Below are positions 61,650 through 64,000 of a DNA stretch of 64,000 nucleotides, one piece after another. Below the pieces are notes generated by a model that did not search any database, had not been told where the DNA came from, and saw only the letters and a list, made by a program, of their open reading frames with translations. Both the position numbers and the translations under genes were made by a program. Position 1 is the first letter of the stretch; every line of letters begins with the position of its first letter. The stretch lies in sequence record KJ019086.1. One strand, given 5' to 3'.

Positions 61650-64000
61650 ATGATCGGTACTGAGCTAGGTATTGACGTGAGAGTTAAGATTCAGGATGTG
61701 GTTTCCTCACAACTTCCTGATTATATTTTAAGTGAAGCTCCACTCACCGACGATTTTCTAAAACAGTTTTACATATCTCAGGAATACCAAGGCGGTACTG
61801 TAGATTTTGCGTCAAACCTAGATCAATACCTCTCTCTGACAACACTTGGCAGTGAGAATCTTTATACTGCCTTTGAACTTACACAAGATGTAAGTATTGA
61901 TGATACTATTATTCATGTTAATACTACAAGTACCTTCCCCAACGAATGGGGTCTTCTAAAGATTGATGATGAGATTGTCACCTATACCGGTCTCACCACA
62001 AACACCTTCACTGGAGTTGTAAGAGGTTTCAGTGGTATTTCTAGTTACAGAGATTCTGATAATCCTTCCGAACTTGTATTTGAAACCACAACCGCTGCCA
62101 CTCACACTACAGAAACCAATGTTGAGAATCTATCAACACTCTTCCTAAAGAATTTCTACGACAAACTCAAGTATACCTTTGCTCCTGGTTTTGAGAACCT
62201 AGAGTTCAATAGTGAAGTTAGTGTTGGTCAGTGGATTCGTCAGGCAAGATCATTCTACCAATCTAAGGGTAGTGAGGAGTCCTTCAAGATTCTATTCAGA
62301 GTATTATATGGTGAAGATCCTCTAGTTATTGATCTAGAGCAGTTCCTTATCAAACCTTCCCAAGCAGAGTACTCTAGAAGGGACTATGCGGTTGCTATTC
62401 CAGTCAGTGGTAACCCTATAACCCTCAAGGGTAAGACAGTGTATCAGAGTGATGCAGAGGACGTGTTTGGTGCCATCTCAGAGATTGAGACATTTACTAG
62501 AGATAACAAATTATATTACAGAATCTACTTCTTTGTTAGTAATGATGAAATTGCTAATGAGAGAAAACTATTCACTATCCCTGGTAGATCAAGAACACAG
62601 AGAGGATGGAATCAGGGTGACACTACAATCACTGTAGATACTACTCTTGGGTTTAGGGATAACAACGAGTTTATCACTGAAGATGGAACTAAGTTTACAT
62701 ACTTGGAGAGAACTGTTAATCAGTTCCTAGGTGTTGAATGTAGTGATACAGAGAAAACACTAGGTACTAATGAAGATATCATTGATGATATTACTATCTT
62801 TGGTATTAATGATGATGGTGAGACTGTCTCACTACGTATGACTGGTGTTATCTCTGATATTGAGTTCCCCGATGAAGTCCCATTCACTACACCTGGGGAG
62901 AAGATATCTGTAGATACCTTAGGTGAGAATATCATCTCTGCTGATGTAACTAGAAGTGAGCCTACACAGAGACAGATCATTGCTAATAGTTTCATCTATA
63001 ACACTTCAGTAAGAATGGAAGTAGATGAACTCAATGGTTCTGATTTCCAAATCAATACTGCCTACTTAGATAAAGCTTTCATTTCTCCTGGTGACTCTGT
63101 TGATATTCTCCAAAGAGGCTCGCAGCTTGTCTATGTCGCTAATCGCAAAGTAACCTCAGTTGACTATCTCAATAGTATTATAACAATCAATGACTCATTT
63201 GGCATCCCTTTAGATCAATCACTTGATATCAGAAGGAATCAGAACTATGCAAAGAGTAGCACTACAGATATTGAGTATGGTCAGAACTCTGTTCTATCCA
63301 ATGTTCTGAACCTTTATGATGCAACAGAGTTTGATGGTAACTTCTATGTTGCAACTAACTCCCTACCTTCCTATGATATGGAAGTTAAAGTTGTTGAGAG
63401 TATTCTTACTGGAGTTACTACTTCTAACTTTGAAGGATATAACTCATTCACTGATCAGTACTCAACAATTATCTTTGATTCTGCCACTTCATTCATAACT
63501 GGTGATCTAATTTCATATAGAGTTATCTCAGTAGAAAGAACAGGTATTCCCCTTATCACTGAAGGTGAATACTTTGTAGAGGTTCTCAGCAACCCCAGAA
63601 AGATTAAACTATATGTATCACCTTCCTTCATTGGAAGTGATAACTTTGTTGGATTCGTGTATAACGATGCAGTAGGTGCTCATGCATTCACTCTAGAGGA
63701 ACAGAAAGATAGAAGAATCAATACTAAGAATGTATTCAAGAAGATTCCCTTCACAGCAACCAAACAGAATATCACTATCCCTAGAACACCCGATGTAACC
63801 CCCTCAGGTTCCCCTGTGGCAGTTCTTACTAATGGTGTAGAGGTATTGTCATATAAGTCACCAGATAAGGTGTTCTTGGGTCCTTTAGAAGAAGTTGTTC
63901 CTGTTGCTTCTGGTGAGGGTTATAGTGTTATTGGACCACCCAATATCCTAATCACACCACCTAATATTCAAGTTACAGATCCAACTGGTATTCCTACTGA
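61650..64000 (+). CDS. Large baseplate wedge protein (gp7-like), 5' part only
   Basis: Open from ATG 61650 to window end (absent from ORF track because no stop); SQLPDY, FLKQFYISQEYQGG, FYQSKGSEESFKILFRVLYG; follows gp6. Confidence 0.8.
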   Translation, partial: MIGTELGIDVRVKIQDVVSSQLPDYILSEAPLTDDFLKQFYISQEYQGGTVDFASNLDQYLSLTTLGSENLYTAFELTQDVSIDDTIIHVNTTSTFPNEWGLLKIDDEIVTYTGLTTNTFTGVVRGFSGISSYRDSDNPSELVFETTTAATHTTETNVENLSTLFLKNFYDKLKYTFAPGFENLEFNSEVSVGQWIRQARSFYQSKGSEESFKILFRVLYGEDPLVIDLEQFLIKPSQAEYSRRDYAVAIPVSGNPITLKGKTVYQSDAEDVFGAISEIETFTRDNKLYYRIYFFVSNDEIANERKLFTIPGRSRTQRGWNQGDTTITVDTTLGFRDNNEFITEDGTKFTYLERTVNQFLGVECSDTEKTLGTNEDIIDDITIFGINDDGETVSLRMTGVISDIEFPDEVPFTTPGEKISVDTLGENIISADVTRSEPTQRQIIANSFIYNTSVRMEVDELNGSDFQINTAYLDKAFISPGDSVDILQRGSQLVYVANRKVTSVDYLNSIITINDSFGIPLDQSLDIRRNQNYAKSSTTDIEYGQNSVLSNVLNLYDATEFDGNFYVATNSLPSYDMEVKVVESILTGVTTSNFEGYNSFTDQYSTIIFDSATSFITGDLISYRVISVERTGIPLITEGEYFVEVLSNPRKIKLYVSPSFIGSDNFVGFVYNDAVGAHAFTLEEQKDRRINTKNVFKKIPFTATKQNITIPRTPDVTPSGSPVAVLTNGVEVLSYKSPDKVFLGPLEEVVPVASGEGYSVIGPPNILITPPNIQVTDPTGIPT

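Overview
64-kb segment of a T4-like marine cyanomyophage (Kyanoviridae-type; host most likely Synechococcus or Prochlorococcus, supported by petE, a CP12-like gene and cyanophage-type T4 structural genes). 1-27.4 kb: gp32, plastocyanin, gp2/gp4, the tail-tube and baseplate-hub module (gp54-like, gp48, gp53, gp26, gp51, a tape-measure-like pair, gp27-like, split gp5), a collagen-like fibre followed by methyltransferase, glycosyltransferase and 2OG-Fe(II) oxygenase genes, and two more fibre/structural genes, under T4-type late promoters ([A/C]TAAATA). 27.4-56 kb: an accessory/early region of about 80 mostly small + strand ORFs, punctuated by 33 co-oriented copies of a ~60-bp element (TGTGACA-N10-TGGCACA palindrome, C/G hairpin around a -35 box, 17-bp spacer, TGnTATACT -10 box); most upstream genes end inside or directly against the next element. 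Two copies carry an extra ~160-bp non-coding block with ungapped, spacing-conserved motifs. 56-64 kb: a repeat-rich non-coding gap, an AbrB-like gene, a GT-A-like gene, an HNH endonuclease, gp25, gp6 and the 5' part of a gp7-like wedge gene that runs off the window. No tRNA, rRNA, CRISPR array, integrase or reverse transcriptase was recognised. All functional calls come from motif recognition by eye, with no database searches; several start codons were reassigned from the ORF track.
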